DNA of 32,169 nt from Spirulina sp. (GTDB lineage: Bacteria > Cyanobacteriota > Cyanobacteriia > Phormidesmidales > Phormidesmidaceae), in NCBI GenBank assembly GCA_044070495.1, contig JBIPSI010000044.1, positions 1 to 32,169 of the forward strand, read 5' to 3'. The notes beneath the pieces were generated by a model. The model searched no databases. It saw only the letters and a list, made by a program, of their open reading frames with translations, and was not told the origin of the DNA. This document shows, in pieces, positions 18,093 to 28,188 of the stretch; position 1 is the first letter of the stretch; every line of letters starts with the position of its first letter. A program made the position numbers and the translations under genes.

Positions 18093-21000
18093 TCAGGGAA
18101 GCGTCTGGGATGCCAGATCGGGCTGATCCTTATCCCTGAGAGGGGCCAGGGGGGATCTGGGTGCCGCAGGGGCGTTTTCTCGATAGCTCAGCAGCCGATA
18201 CATGGAGGGAATGTAGTAGAGGGCCAGCAGCGTTGCGCCACCAAGGCCCCCGGCAATGGCAATGGCCAGGGGGGGCCAAAATCCGGTGGGATCCAATAGC
18301 AGCGGCACAAAGCCGACGATGGTGGTGACGGTGGTGGCGATCACATGGCGGGTGGCATGGAACACGACGGCTTCCACGGCCTGGGGATGACCAAGACGCG
18401 CTTCGGGATCGTCTCGCAGGGCGGCGAGCACCACAATCGAGTCGTTAATGGCCAGACCGATTAAGCCCAGGGTGCCGAGAATGGCGGTGAACCCAAAGAT
18501 GGAACCAAACAGCTTGAGGGCCAGGGCCGCCAGCCCCACCGCCAACACGGCCACCGATCCAATCAGGGCCGCTAGGCCAAAGGAATTGAAGGATAGCACC
18601 AGGGTCGCCGTCATCAGAATGCCGAGCACTCCCACCGTGGACAGGAGGTTACCGATGGCAGACCCTCGGGCATCGGCTTCGCCCCCGTACTCAATGCGGT
18701 AGCCGGGGGGAAGTTCAAAACCCTGATCAACCAGCCGATTTTGAAGGTTGGCGAGGACGGTACTGGGCAGTGCCCCGGCGGTGATAAAGCCCTGAACGGT
18801 GTTGATCCGCTGACCGTTGCGGCGGCTAATGCTGGCGGTGTCGGGCACTAGGTCTAGCTGGGTGATCGCGTCTAACGGCATCGGCCCCCCAGCGGTCACC
18901 ATATCTAGGACGGCGATGGCCCCCAGGTTCCCCTGATCCTGATTGGGCACCCGCACCCGCACCGGGATGTCGCGGCTACCGTCGAGGATGGATCCGCCGG
19001 TGCGACCGTCTAAAGCGGCGTTGATCTGAACGGCAATGGCCTGGTTGTCTAGCCCCAATCGTCTGGCCTGGGGTTCGTCCACGGTTAGGGCCAGCTTGGG
19101 TAGGGTTTCGGTGAGGGTAGCGCGGGTATGCACCACGTCGGGCACCTGGGCCAGTTCGGCCCGTAGGCGATTCCCCCAATCCCGCAACCCGGCCATGTCT
19201 GATCCGTAGATCCGCAACTCAATGGGGGCATCGAAGGGCGGCCCCTGTTCGAGCTGCTTCACCAACACCTGGGCCTGGGGAAAGGCGGCATCGAGATCCC
19301 GCTGGAGGGTTTGAATGGTTTGTCGAATGTGATCAGTGCTCGCCAGTTGCACAATCCCCTGGGCGTAGTTTTGGGCATTGCGGCGATTATCTAGCACGTT
19401 ATAGAAAAAGGGCGGTGCGGTGCGGCCCATAAACCAGTGGATTTCTTCAATGTCGGGATTCTGGAGGGCGAGTTCCCGTACCTGACGCACCTGGGTCTGG
19501 GTGGCGGCTAGAGAAGCCTGGGTGGGCAGCTCAAACTCGATCTGAAACTGGTTGCGGTTGGTGGGCGGAAAGAACTGCTGGGGCAGGGTGGCAAAGACCG
19601 CGAAGCCCATCACCGGCAGGATTAACGACAAACCCACCCCCAGCCAGGGCCGACGCAATACCGTCCTCAGACTCCACCGATAGGCGGCGGCTAGGGTGTC
19701 GTTGCTAAAGCCCTTTTGCAACCATGGCCAGCGATCCGGCAATGGATTCCACTGATGCAGCCGCCCCACCAGGGAGACAATCACCGTTAGCGATAGGGCC
19801 AAGGAACTCAGGAGCGCCAGGATCACCGTCAGGCCAATGGTGCCGATGAATTCTCCCGTACTGCCCGGTGAGGTGGCGATGGGCACAAAGGCCAAGACCG
19901 TGGTGAGGGTACTGGCCAACAGGGGAACGAGCAAATGGCGCACGGTTTCAGCCACCGCCTGCCCCGGTGCCATGCCCATTCGCAGCCGCCCCTGCGCCTC
20001 ATCCACCACAATGATGGCGTTGTCGATCAGTAGCCCCAGGGCGATGATGATGCCCGTCACCGACATTTGGTGCAAGGGCACCCCCAGCGTTCCCATGGTG
20101 CCGAACACCATGAGCGTGGTGAGGGGCAGGGCCAGACCCACCAACAGGGCCGACTTCCAGCCCAAAATCAGCAGCGATACCCCAATCACCAGCAGCGATC
20201 CTAGGATGAGGTTACTGATGACCCCATCCAGCCGCTGCTGCACGTACTGACTCTGATCGAGCACCACGGATAGCCCCATCCCCTGGGGTAACTCACGGCG
20301 AAAGTCCTCCAGCACCGCCCTCGCCTGCACCGCCCACAGATCCACCCGTTCCGCAGACTCCACCTTGGCCGCCACGACAATGGCCGGATGCCCATCCACC
20401 AGGGCCAAATCCGTTGGGGGATCCTGGGCCGCCTTGGTGACGGTGGCCACATCCCCTAGCCGCGCCACCTGACCCCGATCCCCTGCTGCAAGGGGGATAG
20501 CGCGAATTTGCTCTAGGGTGCTGAGGTTACTGTCCACCTCCAGCAAAAATTCTGACTGGTCGTTGCGAAATTGCCCCGCCGATACCTTGGCATCACTGGC
20601 GGCAACTTGCTGGGCCAAGGCCGCCGCCGAGAGCCCCAACCGAGAGAGTTCCGTCGCCGCGATATCCACCCGAATTTCTTCGTCCAGCTCGCCAAACACA
20701 TCCACCGTCTCGGTGCCTGGGATGGCCCGTAGCCGATCCTCCAGCACCGCCGCCAGCCGCCCCATAATGGCGTAGTTGGGGGCATCGTCTTGCCGCCAGG
20801 TGAGGCCCACGATGAGGGCACTGGCCTGGGTTGAGCTATCGGCGTACTCTGGCACGGAGGCATCGGCGGGGAGATCCGGCACGGCGTCATCCACCTTACT
20901 GCGCACCTTGGCCCACACCGAATCCACCTCGGTCACGGTCTCCTTCAACTCCACGGTGATCACAGAAATACCCGTACCGCTGGTGGATTGGAGGGATTCG

Positions 21001-21221
21001 ACCTCCTCCAGTTCAAACAGCCGTTCTTCCAGCTTTTCGGTCACCAAGGTCTCCACCCGTTCTGGGGTTGCCCCCGGCAAGAAGGTGGTAATGCGGGCAA
21101 ACCGCTGGACAATTTCGGGATCCTCCAGGCGCGGCAGGGTGAAGAAGGCGGAGAGGCCCCAAACAACGATGAGCAGCAGGGTAAGGAGCAGGAGTTGGCG
21201 ATTGCGGTAAAAGAGGTTCAT
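18093..21221 (-). CDS. RND efflux transporter permease (AcrB family)
   Basis: 1042 aa, two periplasmic loops, GLLIDNAIIVVD, STLTTVLAFVP, INDSIV. Confidence 0.95.
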   Translation of the reverse strand: MNLFYRNRQLLLLTLLLIVVWGLSAFFTLPRLEDPEIVQRFARITTFLPGATPERVETLVTEKLEERLFELEEVESLQSTSGTGISVITVELKETVTEVDSVWAKVRSKVDDAVPDLPADASVPEYADSSTQASALIVGLTWRQDDAPNYAIMGRLAAVLEDRLRAIPGTETVDVFGELDEEIRVDIAATELSRLGLSAAALAQQVAASDAKVSAGQFRNDQSEFLLEVDSNLSTLEQIRAIPLAAGDRGQVARLGDVATVTKAAQDPPTDLALVDGHPAIVVAAKVESAERVDLWAVQARAVLEDFRRELPQGMGLSVVLDQSQYVQQRLDGVISNLILGSLLVIGVSLLILGWKSALLVGLALPLTTLMVFGTMGTLGVPLHQMSVTGIIIALGLLIDNAIIVVDEAQGRLRMGMAPGQAVAETVRHLLVPLLASTLTTVLAFVPIATSPGSTGEFIGTIGLTVILALLSSLALSLTVIVSLVGRLHQWNPLPDRWPWLQKGFSNDTLAAAYRWSLRTVLRRPWLGVGLSLILPVMGFAVFATLPQQFFPPTNRNQFQIEFELPTQASLAATQTQVRQVRELALQNPDIEEIHWFMGRTAPPFFYNVLDNRRNAQNYAQGIVQLASTDHIRQTIQTLQRDLDAAFPQAQVLVKQLEQGPPFDAPIELRIYGSDMAGLRDWGNRLRAELAQVPDVVHTRATLTETLPKLALTVDEPQARRLGLDNQAIAVQINAALDGRTGGSILDGSRDIPVRVRVPNQDQGNLGAIAVLDMVTAGGPMPLDAITQLDLVPDTASISRRNGQRINTVQGFITAGALPSTVLANLQNRLVDQGFELPPGYRIEYGGEADARGSAIGNLLSTVGVLGILMTATLVLSFNSFGLAALIGSVAVLAVGLAALALKLFGSIFGFTAILGTLGLIGLAINDSIVVLAALRDDPEARLGHPQAVEAVVFHATRHVIATTVTTIVGFVPLLLDPTGFWPPLAIAIAGGLGGATLLALYYIPSMYRLLSYRENAPAAPRSPLAPLRDKDQPDLASQTLP

Positions 21222-21266
21222 GGCAGGGAAGAATGGGGTGGAGGGAATCCGTGGTCGAAAGAATGC

Positions 21267-22658
21267 CTACAGGGGGCGGACGGTCTGCCCTGGAACAACC
21301 CGATGGGTGCCGCTGCGGATCACCCGATCCCCGCCCTCTACCAACCCTTGAACCAGGACGCGGTCTCCTTCGGTGTGCAGAATTTCCACGGGCTGACGAG
21401 TCACGGTCGCCCCAGGCGCTCCAGTCACCCCAGGGCCAGACTCCCCAGAACCAAGCGCCCCAGGGCCAAACTCCCCCTCATCCGCCACCACATATACCGA
21501 CCACAACCCCTGTTCCCCCTGCACAAGGGCCGTGGTGGGTAGCCAGAAGCCACGGGCTGGCTGAGTCTCGCGCAGAACCAGCCGGGCCGTTTGCCCCAGG
21601 GTGAGATCCTCTGACGTATCCAAGGTCAGCACCGCCGTCACGGTGCGACTGGTGGATTCCAACTCTGGTAGCAGGGCGGTGAGGGTGGCGGAGAAGAGGC
21701 GATCCCCCACCGCTACGGTTTGAACGCTGCCCAGGGCAAGGCCATCGGCCAGATCCGCCGGAATGCCAATCCGGGCTTCGGCCCTGGATCCTTCAAGGAT
21801 CTGCACCACGGGCTGACCACCGCTGACCACCACCCCCTCATCCACCAGACGATCACTGATCCGCCCAGAAAAGGGGGCCGTAATCACCGCCTTCGACAGA
21901 TTCACATTGATTGCCTCAAGGCTGGCATCGAGCTGGCGCACCTGGGCAGACTGAGCCGCAATTTGCTCCGGTCGGGTTCCGGCCATGAGATCATCTAGCT
22001 GGCTTTGGGCAGAGGCTAGGCGGTTTTCCAAGGCCTCGGTGCCAAAGGTTTGCTGATCGAGTTCCTCTCGGGAAATCGCCCCCTGCTGGTAAAGATCGGC
22101 ACGGCGATTGCGCTGGGCCACCGCGAGGGACAGTTGACGCTCTAGATCGCCCACGGCTCCCTGGGCCGCTGCAATCACCTGGGGACGAGGGCCGTTCTGC
22201 AACTCACTTAGAAGGGCCACAGCCTGATCCCGCTGGGCCACCAACTGCTGGCGCTGAGCCTCTAGGGCGCGGGTGTCGAGGCGGGCTAGGGGCTGACCAG
22301 TCGTCACCCAATCCCCCTCCTTCACCAGCACCGCCATCACCGTGCCCCCCTGCTCGAACCCCAGGGCACTGCGCCGTTGGGCCACCAGTTCCCCCACATA
22401 CTCGCGTTCCACCAGGTACGACTCCACGGGGGTCAGCGCCACCACCTCCACGGGTAGGGCATTGGCCTCAGGGGTTGCCGGGGCAGGACGACCTAGCCGC
22501 AGGCCCACCACCGCCACCAGGGGCACCGTAGCTAGGGGCAACAGCCACCATCGGCGGGGGCGAAATTGCCAACCACCGGGCCGTTTGGCAATCGGCCTCG
22601 CAGGCTCAAGCCCCGTTGGGCCAGCCACCAAATTCACCGAATCAGAAGCGTGAGCCAT
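21267..22658 (-). CDS. RND periplasmic adaptor (membrane fusion protein)
   Basis: VKEGDWV...LARLD and ITAPFSGRI lipoyl half-motifs, long coiled coil, N-terminal TM. Start placed at MAHAS. Confidence 0.9.
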   Translation of the reverse strand: MAHASDSVNLVAGPTGLEPARPIAKRPGGWQFRPRRWWLLPLATVPLVAVVGLRLGRPAPATPEANALPVEVVALTPVESYLVEREYVGELVAQRRSALGFEQGGTVMAVLVKEGDWVTTGQPLARLDTRALEAQRQQLVAQRDQAVALLSELQNGPRPQVIAAAQGAVGDLERQLSLAVAQRNRRADLYQQGAISREELDQQTFGTEALENRLASAQSQLDDLMAGTRPEQIAAQSAQVRQLDASLEAINVNLSKAVITAPFSGRISDRLVDEGVVVSGGQPVVQILEGSRAEARIGIPADLADGLALGSVQTVAVGDRLFSATLTALLPELESTSRTVTAVLTLDTSEDLTLGQTARLVLRETQPARGFWLPTTALVQGEQGLWSVYVVADEGEFGPGALGSGESGPGVTGAPGATVTRQPVEILHTEGDRVLVQGLVEGGDRVIRSGTHRVVPGQTVRPL

Positions 22659-22800
22659 AGCAACACCTTGTTGAGAGACAGCCACCAGCAAGAAAATCAG
22701 CCGTTCGTGACTGAGATCGATAAACCCCCTGAACCCGATACCCTGGCCCCCTAGCCGCCAAACCAAACAGCGTTGGTTGGCTTGGGTGGTCGGGGATCGG

Positions 22801-22870
22801 ATACTCAACTTTTAGATATTCAACTTTTTTGTTATCACCCTCAAAAGGTTATACTCAAAAAGTTGAGTAT
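22801..22870. promoter_or_regulatory. putative PadR operator array in the divergent promoter
   Basis: Perfect ATACTCAA-N4-TTGAGTAT at 22851..22870. Degenerate copies start at 22801 (ATACTCAACTTT) and 22816 (ATATTCAACTTT). Confidence 0.7.
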
Positions 22871-22899
22871 GTCAACGCTCTCTCTGGCATCAACCTCCT

Positions 22900-23445
22900 A
22901 TGGCCTTGTCCCACACGATTTTGGCGGTTTTGTCTCAGCAGCCCTACAGCGGCTACGACATCAGCAAACGGTTTGAAGAAAGCGTCAGTTGCTACTGGCA
23001 GGCCAGTCCGCAGCAGATCTACCGAGAGCTGAGCAAAATGGAGCAGCAGGGCTGGGTCGTCTACGAATCCGTGCCCCAGGAGGGCAAGCCAGACAAAAAA
23101 ATCTATAGCCTCACCGAGGCAGGACACGCCGAACTATGCCGCTGGTATGCCGAACCCACGGAACCGACCCCCATCCGCGAAGACCTACTCGTTCGGGTAT
23201 TAGCCGCTCCCTACGTGCCAGAGGGAGGGTTGATAGACGAACTGCACCGCCGCCGCCAGATTCACGCTGACCAGCTCGCGAGCTACCAAGCGATGGACGA
23301 TCAATACCAGGCCCTGGCCGATCCCCCGGTGATCGAACAGTTTCGCTACCTCACGCTGCGTCGGGGGATGCGCTACGAGCAAGACTGGATCGACTGGATT
23401 GATGAAGTTCTGATCTTCCTGAACGCCTTTGCTCGAAACCCATGA
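22900..23445 (+). CDS. PadR-family transcriptional regulator (long, AphA-like C-terminus)
   Basis: SGYDI...WQASPQQIYREL...KPDKKIYSLTEAG. Confidence 0.93.
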   Translation: MALSHTILAVLSQQPYSGYDISKRFEESVSCYWQASPQQIYRELSKMEQQGWVVYESVPQEGKPDKKIYSLTEAGHAELCRWYAEPTEPTPIREDLLVRVLAAPYVPEGGLIDELHRRRQIHADQLASYQAMDDQYQALADPPVIEQFRYLTLRRGMRYEQDWIDWIDEVLIFLNAFARNP

Positions 23446-23530
23446 TCGAAACCCAGGGGGGTAGAGAGACGATCCACCTGAGACGGTGATGGATACCTGG
23501 GCCGGGGTTCACGCTGGCTCAATGAAGTCG

Positions 23531-23575
23531 GTTCAATTGAGCTAGTTCAATTGATTCAGTTCAATCTAATCAATT
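23531..23575. repeat. 14-bp-period tandem repeat (GTTCAATTGA core)
   Basis: GTTCAATTGAGCTA GTTCAATTGATTCA GTTCAATCTAATCA. Confidence 0.7.
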
Positions 23576-23846
23576 CTTGAGATTGAAATAATCGTTGTAG
23601 CCATTACTCTCCAAAACAAACATCTTTCTTAAGAAATGGGTCGCAGGTTATTGAGATCGCCACAATGGCCCTATAACAAGGTGTACAGGTAACTCAGGAT
23701 GGGGCAATTCGGGGAAAAAATGGGTCGAAATATGAGAAATTTCCCCCGAACTGTGTTGCTAATCTCATTATTCCCTGGGTGTGAGTATGTCAAAATGTAA
23801 GCGGTTTTTTGCCAACTCACCTCAGCTCTTGGAGTAGGCAGTCACA

Positions 23847-25931
23847 ATGGACTCGATGGAACTTCTATATCAATACGCCTGGCTAGTGCCGGTGCTGCCC
23901 TTGATTGGGGCGGCGGTGGTGGGCACGGGGCTTGTGTCCTACAGCCAAGCCACCAGCAAACTGCGGCAAGCGTCCGCTATCTTCATCGTCTCCCTCACCG
24001 GGATGGCGATGGTGTTTTCGTTTTTAATCTTTTGGAGCCAGTGGCAGGGCCATCCCGCCTACACCCAAATGTTTGAGTGGGCCTCGGCGGGGGATTTCCG
24101 CATCGAGATGGGCTACACCGTCGATCACCTGGCTTCCCTCATGTTGGTGATCGTCACCACCGTTGCCTTTTTGGTGATGATCTACACCGACGGCTACATG
24201 AGCCACGATCCGGGCTATGTGCGGTTCTACGCCTACCTCAGCCTGTTTAGCTCCTCCATGCTGGGCCTGGTGATCAGCCCCAACCTGCTCCAGGTGTATG
24301 TGTTCTGGGAGCTGGTGGGGATGTGTTCCTACCTGCTGATTGGCTTTTGGTACAACCGCAAGCCCGCCGCCGATGCCTGCCAAAAGGCGTTCGTCACCAA
24401 CCGGGTGGGCGACTTCGGCCTGCTGCTGGGCATCCTCGGCCTGTTTTGGGCCACGGGCAGCTTCGATTTCGACATCATGGGCGAACGGCTGACGGAACTG
24501 GTGAACGTGGGTAGCCTCGCTCCCAGCGTTGCCGCCATCTTTGCCATCCTGGTGTTCCTCGGCCCGGTGGCCAAGTCGGCCCAGTTCCCGCTCCATGTGT
24601 GGTTGCCCGACGCCATGGAAGGCCCCACCCCCATCTCCGCCCTGATCCACGCGGCCACGATGGTGGCGGCAGGGGTGTTCCTGGTGGCGCGGATGTACCC
24701 CGTGTTCGAGGACATCCCCACGGTGATGACCGTGATCGCCTACACCGGGGCGTTTACCGCCTTCATGGGAGCCTCCATCGCCATCACCCAAAACGACATC
24801 AAGAAAGGGCTGGCCTTCTCCACCATGTCCCAGTTGGGCTACATGGTGATGGCCATGGGTGTTGGGGCGTACTCGGCGGGTCTGTTCCACCTAATGACCC
24901 ACGCCTACTTCAAGGCCATGTTGTTCCTGGGTTCCGGCTCCGTCATCCACGGCATGGAAGCGGTGGTGGGCCACGATCCCGTGTTGGCGCAGGATATGCG
25001 GCTGATGGGTGGTCTGCGGAAGTATATGCCCGTTACCGCCATCACCTTTTTGATCGGCACCCTGGCCATTTGCGGCATTCCTCCCTTCGCCGGGTTCTGG
25101 TCGAAGGATGAGATCCTGGGTGCAACCTTTGCGGCTAGCCCTGTGCTCTGGGCGGTGGGCTGGTTAACGGCGGGGATCACCGCCTTCTACATGTTCCGCA
25201 TGTATTTCTCGACCTTTGAGGGCGAGTTTCGCGGCAACGACGAAGGTATTCGCCGCGACCTGAAGCGGGCGCAACTGCAAAAGATGGGACTCTCCCTTGG
25301 CCCTGGGGCGATGAACCCCCAAGAGCTGACCCTAGGGGCCGATGATCACGATCACGACGATCACGATCATCACCACGCCCACGAACCCCACGAATCGCCC
25401 CTGTCCATGGTCTTCCCGCTGGTGGCGTTGGCGGTGCCCTCGGTGCTGGTGGGCCTGGTGGGAACCCCCTTCGCCAACGTCTTCGAGGCGTTCATCCATC
25501 CCCCCAGCGAGGTGTTTGATGCCGCTGAAGCCGCCGAAGCCTTCGACCTCAACGAGTTTGTGCTGATGGCCGGAAGCTCCGTCGCCATTGCCACCGTGGG
25601 CATCATCGTGGCGGTGCTGATGTACCGCACCAAGGTGATCGATCCCAAGGCCATCGCCGACAAGATCCCCTTCCTGTACAACCTGTCGTTGAACAAGTGG
25701 TACGTGGACGACATCTACGAGGTGGTCTTCGTCCAGGGCAGCCGCAAACTGGCCAAGCAAGTCCTGGAAATCGACATCCGCATTGTGGATGGTCTGGTCA
25801 ACCTGGCGGGCTTCGTCACCCTGATCACCGGGGAAGGGCTGAAGTACCTGGAAAATGGCCGCGCCCAATTCTATGCCCTGATTGTGTTTGGCGCAGTCTT
25901 GGGGCTGGTGCTGCTCTCTGGTGTCACCTAA
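23847..25931 (+). CDS. ndhF1: NAD(P)H-quinone oxidoreductase (NDH-1) subunit 5
   Basis: KAFVTNRVGDFG, KSAQFPLHVWLPDAMEGPTPISALIHAATMV, His-rich loop, adjacent to ndhD. Confidence 0.95.
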   Translation: MDSMELLYQYAWLVPVLPLIGAAVVGTGLVSYSQATSKLRQASAIFIVSLTGMAMVFSFLIFWSQWQGHPAYTQMFEWASAGDFRIEMGYTVDHLASLMLVIVTTVAFLVMIYTDGYMSHDPGYVRFYAYLSLFSSSMLGLVISPNLLQVYVFWELVGMCSYLLIGFWYNRKPAADACQKAFVTNRVGDFGLLLGILGLFWATGSFDFDIMGERLTELVNVGSLAPSVAAIFAILVFLGPVAKSAQFPLHVWLPDAMEGPTPISALIHAATMVAAGVFLVARMYPVFEDIPTVMTVIAYTGAFTAFMGASIAITQNDIKKGLAFSTMSQLGYMVMAMGVGAYSAGLFHLMTHAYFKAMLFLGSGSVIHGMEAVVGHDPVLAQDMRLMGGLRKYMPVTAITFLIGTLAICGIPPFAGFWSKDEILGATFAASPVLWAVGWLTAGITAFYMFRMYFSTFEGEFRGNDEGIRRDLKRAQLQKMGLSLGPGAMNPQELTLGADDHDHDDHDHHHAHEPHESPLSMVFPLVALAVPSVLVGLVGTPFANVFEAFIHPPSEVFDAAEAAEAFDLNEFVLMAGSSVAIATVGIIVAVLMYRTKVIDPKAIADKIPFLYNLSLNKWYVDDIYEVVFVQGSRKLAKQVLEIDIRIVDGLVNLAGFVTLITGEGLKYLENGRAQFYALIVFGAVLGLVLLSGVT

Positions 25932-25932
25932 C

Positions 25933-25953
25933 GTAGGGTGGGCACTGCCCACC
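25933..25953 (+). repeat. GTAG-type REP palindrome
   Basis: GTAG followed by GGTGGGCA-C-TGCCCACC, just after the ndhF1 stop. Confidence 0.75.
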
Positions 25954-25969
25954 ATCGCCCTGGCCCCTG

Positions 25970-26199
25970 GAGGATCCCCCCTAGCCCCCCTTGTGAAGGG
26001 GGGAACTGGAGTCGAAATCCCCCTTTTTTCAAAGTCCCCCTTTCTAAGGGGGATCTAGGGGGATCTCCCGGATATTGGCCGATGACGATTAAGTTTTCAG
26101 GTGAGCAGACCTAGTCCCTAGAGGATCCCCCCTAGTCCCCCTTGTGAAGGGGGGAACCGGACTCAAAGTCCCCCTTTTTAAGGGGGATTTAGGGGGATC
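25970..26199. repeat. two copies of a C/G-run palindromic repeat (25970..26065, 26121..26199)
   Basis: GATCCCCCCTAG(C/T)CCCCCTTGTGAAGGGGGGAAC...AAAGTCCCCCTTT(C/T)TAAGGGGGAT(C/T)TAGGGGGATC; each copy has inverted ends. Confidence 0.9.
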
Positions 26200-26366
26200 A
26201 CGTTTTGATTTCCTTCGTTCGTATAAAAACTGTTGCAATTTCTCCCCATTTTCAAAATTTTCCCGTTAGATACATAGCAAGGCCAGATACAAGCAAGGCC
26301 AGCCTCCCGGCAGAATGTCTCCCCGACACCATGCCCCTTTGACAAACCGCGACGAGAAACAGCGTT

Positions 26367-27965
26367 ATGGACCTCGCGACTTTTCCTTGGTTAACCACCG
26401 TTACCCTGCTGCCCTTGGTGGCCTGCATTGCCATTCCCTTTTTGCCTGACGACAACGGCAAGACGGTGCGGTGGTATGCCCTGGTGGTGGGGTTGATCGA
26501 CTTTGTGTTGATCGTCACCGCCTTCTATTTGAACTACGACTTCAGCAACCCCGGTCTGCAACTGGTGGAGAGCTACACCTGGGTGCCCCAGCTTGACCTG
26601 AAATGGTCGCTGGGGGTCGATGGACTGTCCATGCCCCTGGTGCTGCTCACCGGGTTCATCACCACCCTGGCGGCCCTGGCGGCGTGGCCCGTTACCCTCA
26701 AGCCGAAGTTCTTTTACTTCCTGCTGCTGGCCATGTACAGCGGCCAGATTGGGGTGTTTGCGGTGCAGGATATGCTGCTGTTCTTCCTGTTCTGGGAGCT
26801 GGAGCTCATCCCGGTGTACCTGTTGCTGTCGATCTGGGGCGGCAAAAAGCGCCTCTATGCGGCGACGAAGTTCATTCTGTATACGGCGGGTGGGTCGCTG
26901 TTCATCCTGGTGGCGGCACTGGCAATGGCCTTCTACGGCGATACCGTCACCTTTGACATGACCGCCCTAGCGGAAAAGGTCTACCCGATGCGGCTGCAAC
27001 TGCTGCTCTACGGGGCCTTCCTGATCGCCTACGCCGTTAAGCTGCCGATTATTCCCCTCCACACCTGGCTCCCCGATGCCCACGGAGAAGCCACGGCCCC
27101 CGTCCACATGCTGCTGGCCGGAATTCTGCTGAAAATGGGCGGCTATGCCCTCATTCGCATGAACTTTGGCATGTTGCCCGATGCCCACGCCTACTTTGCG
27201 CCCGTTCTGGTGATTCTGGGCTGCGTCAACATCGTCTATGCAGCCTTGACCTCCTTTGCCCAGCGCAACCTGAAGCGCAAAATCGCCTACTCCTCCATTT
27301 CCCACATGGGCTTTGTGCTGATTGGGATTGCCTCCTTCACCAGCCTGGGCCTCAGCGGTGCGGTGCTGCAAATGGTGTCCCACGGTCTGATTGGGGCCAG
27401 CCTGTTCTTCCTGGTGGGGGCCACCTACGACCGCACCCACACCCTAATTTTGGAAGAAATGGGTGGCGTGGGTAAGAAAATGCCCAAAATCTTCGCCATG
27501 TTCACCGCCTGCTCCCTGGCCTCTTTGGCGCTACCGGGGATGAGCGGTTTCGTGGCCGAGCTGATGGTGTTTGTCGGCTTTGCCACCAGCGATGCCTACA
27601 GCCTCACCTTCCGGCTGATTGCCATCACCTTTATGGCCATTGGGGTTATTCTCACCCCCATCTACTTGCTGTCGATGCTGCGGGAAATTTTCTACGGCCC
27701 CGAAAACAAGGAGCTGGTGGAACACGAAGAACTGGTGGATGCCGAACCCCGCGAGGTGTTTATCATCGCCTGTCTGCTGGTGCCCATCATCGGCTTTGGC
27801 CTCTATCCCAAAATGCTGACCCAAATCTACGACTCCACCACCGAAAAGCTAAACACCCGCTTAAACCAGGTATTTGTCTCCCAAGGCGACACGGCGGAAC
27901 TGACGGTGCCCCTAGCGGCTCTGCCTGTGCTCAAAGCGCCCTCGGTAGGCGAATCTGGGGTCTAG
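26367..27965 (+). CDS. ndhD1: NAD(P)H-quinone oxidoreductase (NDH-1) subunit 4
   Basis: [39 protein letters not shown]. Downstream of ndhF1. Confidence 0.93.
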   Translation: MDLATFPWLTTVTLLPLVACIAIPFLPDDNGKTVRWYALVVGLIDFVLIVTAFYLNYDFSNPGLQLVESYTWVPQLDLKWSLGVDGLSMPLVLLTGFITTLAALAAWPVTLKPKFFYFLLLAMYSGQIGVFAVQDMLLFFLFWELELIPVYLLLSIWGGKKRLYAATKFILYTAGGSLFILVAALAMAFYGDTVTFDMTALAEKVYPMRLQLLLYGAFLIAYAVKLPIIPLHTWLPDAHGEATAPVHMLLAGILLKMGGYALIRMNFGMLPDAHAYFAPVLVILGCVNIVYAALTSFAQRNLKRKIAYSSISHMGFVLIGIASFTSLGLSGAVLQMVSHGLIGASLFFLVGATYDRTHTLILEEMGGVGKKMPKIFAMFTACSLASLALPGMSGFVAELMVFVGFATSDAYSLTFRLIAITFMAIGVILTPIYLLSMLREIFYGPENKELVEHEELVDAEPREVFIIACLLVPIIGFGLYPKMLTQIYDSTTEKLNTRLNQVFVSQGDTAELTVPLAALPVLKAPSVGESGV

Positions 27966-27987
27966 ATCGTCCGGTTATGTCTCAGCT

Positions 27988-28024
27988 AGGCGGGTTTGTC
28001 TTTGGACGACCCGCCTTTTTATTT
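27988..28024 (+). terminator. rho-independent terminator after ndhD1
   Basis: AGGCGGGT...ACCCGCCT stem followed by TTTTATTT. Confidence 0.8.
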
Positions 28025-28188
28025 CTCGCGTCTAGCACTTTAGCCGAATGGCATCACACCCTTGATCAATCCGTCGTCTTGACAGAGGAGATAGCGTTAA
28101 TAGTCATACTGAGATCATTAAGACACTGTAGCTCTGAGACTGACCTACACAAAGTCAGACCTGCTATATTGATCGTTAATCGTATCCG

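Noticed and set aside
25341..25392. His/Asp-rich repeat in NdhF1
   Set aside because: A variable His-rich loop is usual in this subunit.
25970..26199. CRISPR array
   Set aside because: Only two long palindromic units, no regular repeat-spacer pattern, no cas genes.
5200..27824. Numerous antisense or alternate-frame ORFs within uvrA, hhoA, RND and ndh genes
   Set aside because: Shadow ORFs expected in GC-rich coding DNA; no recognisable motifs.
28079..28110. sigma70 promoter for the AIPR gene
   Set aside because: TTGACA is present but there is no good -10 at 16-18 bp spacing.
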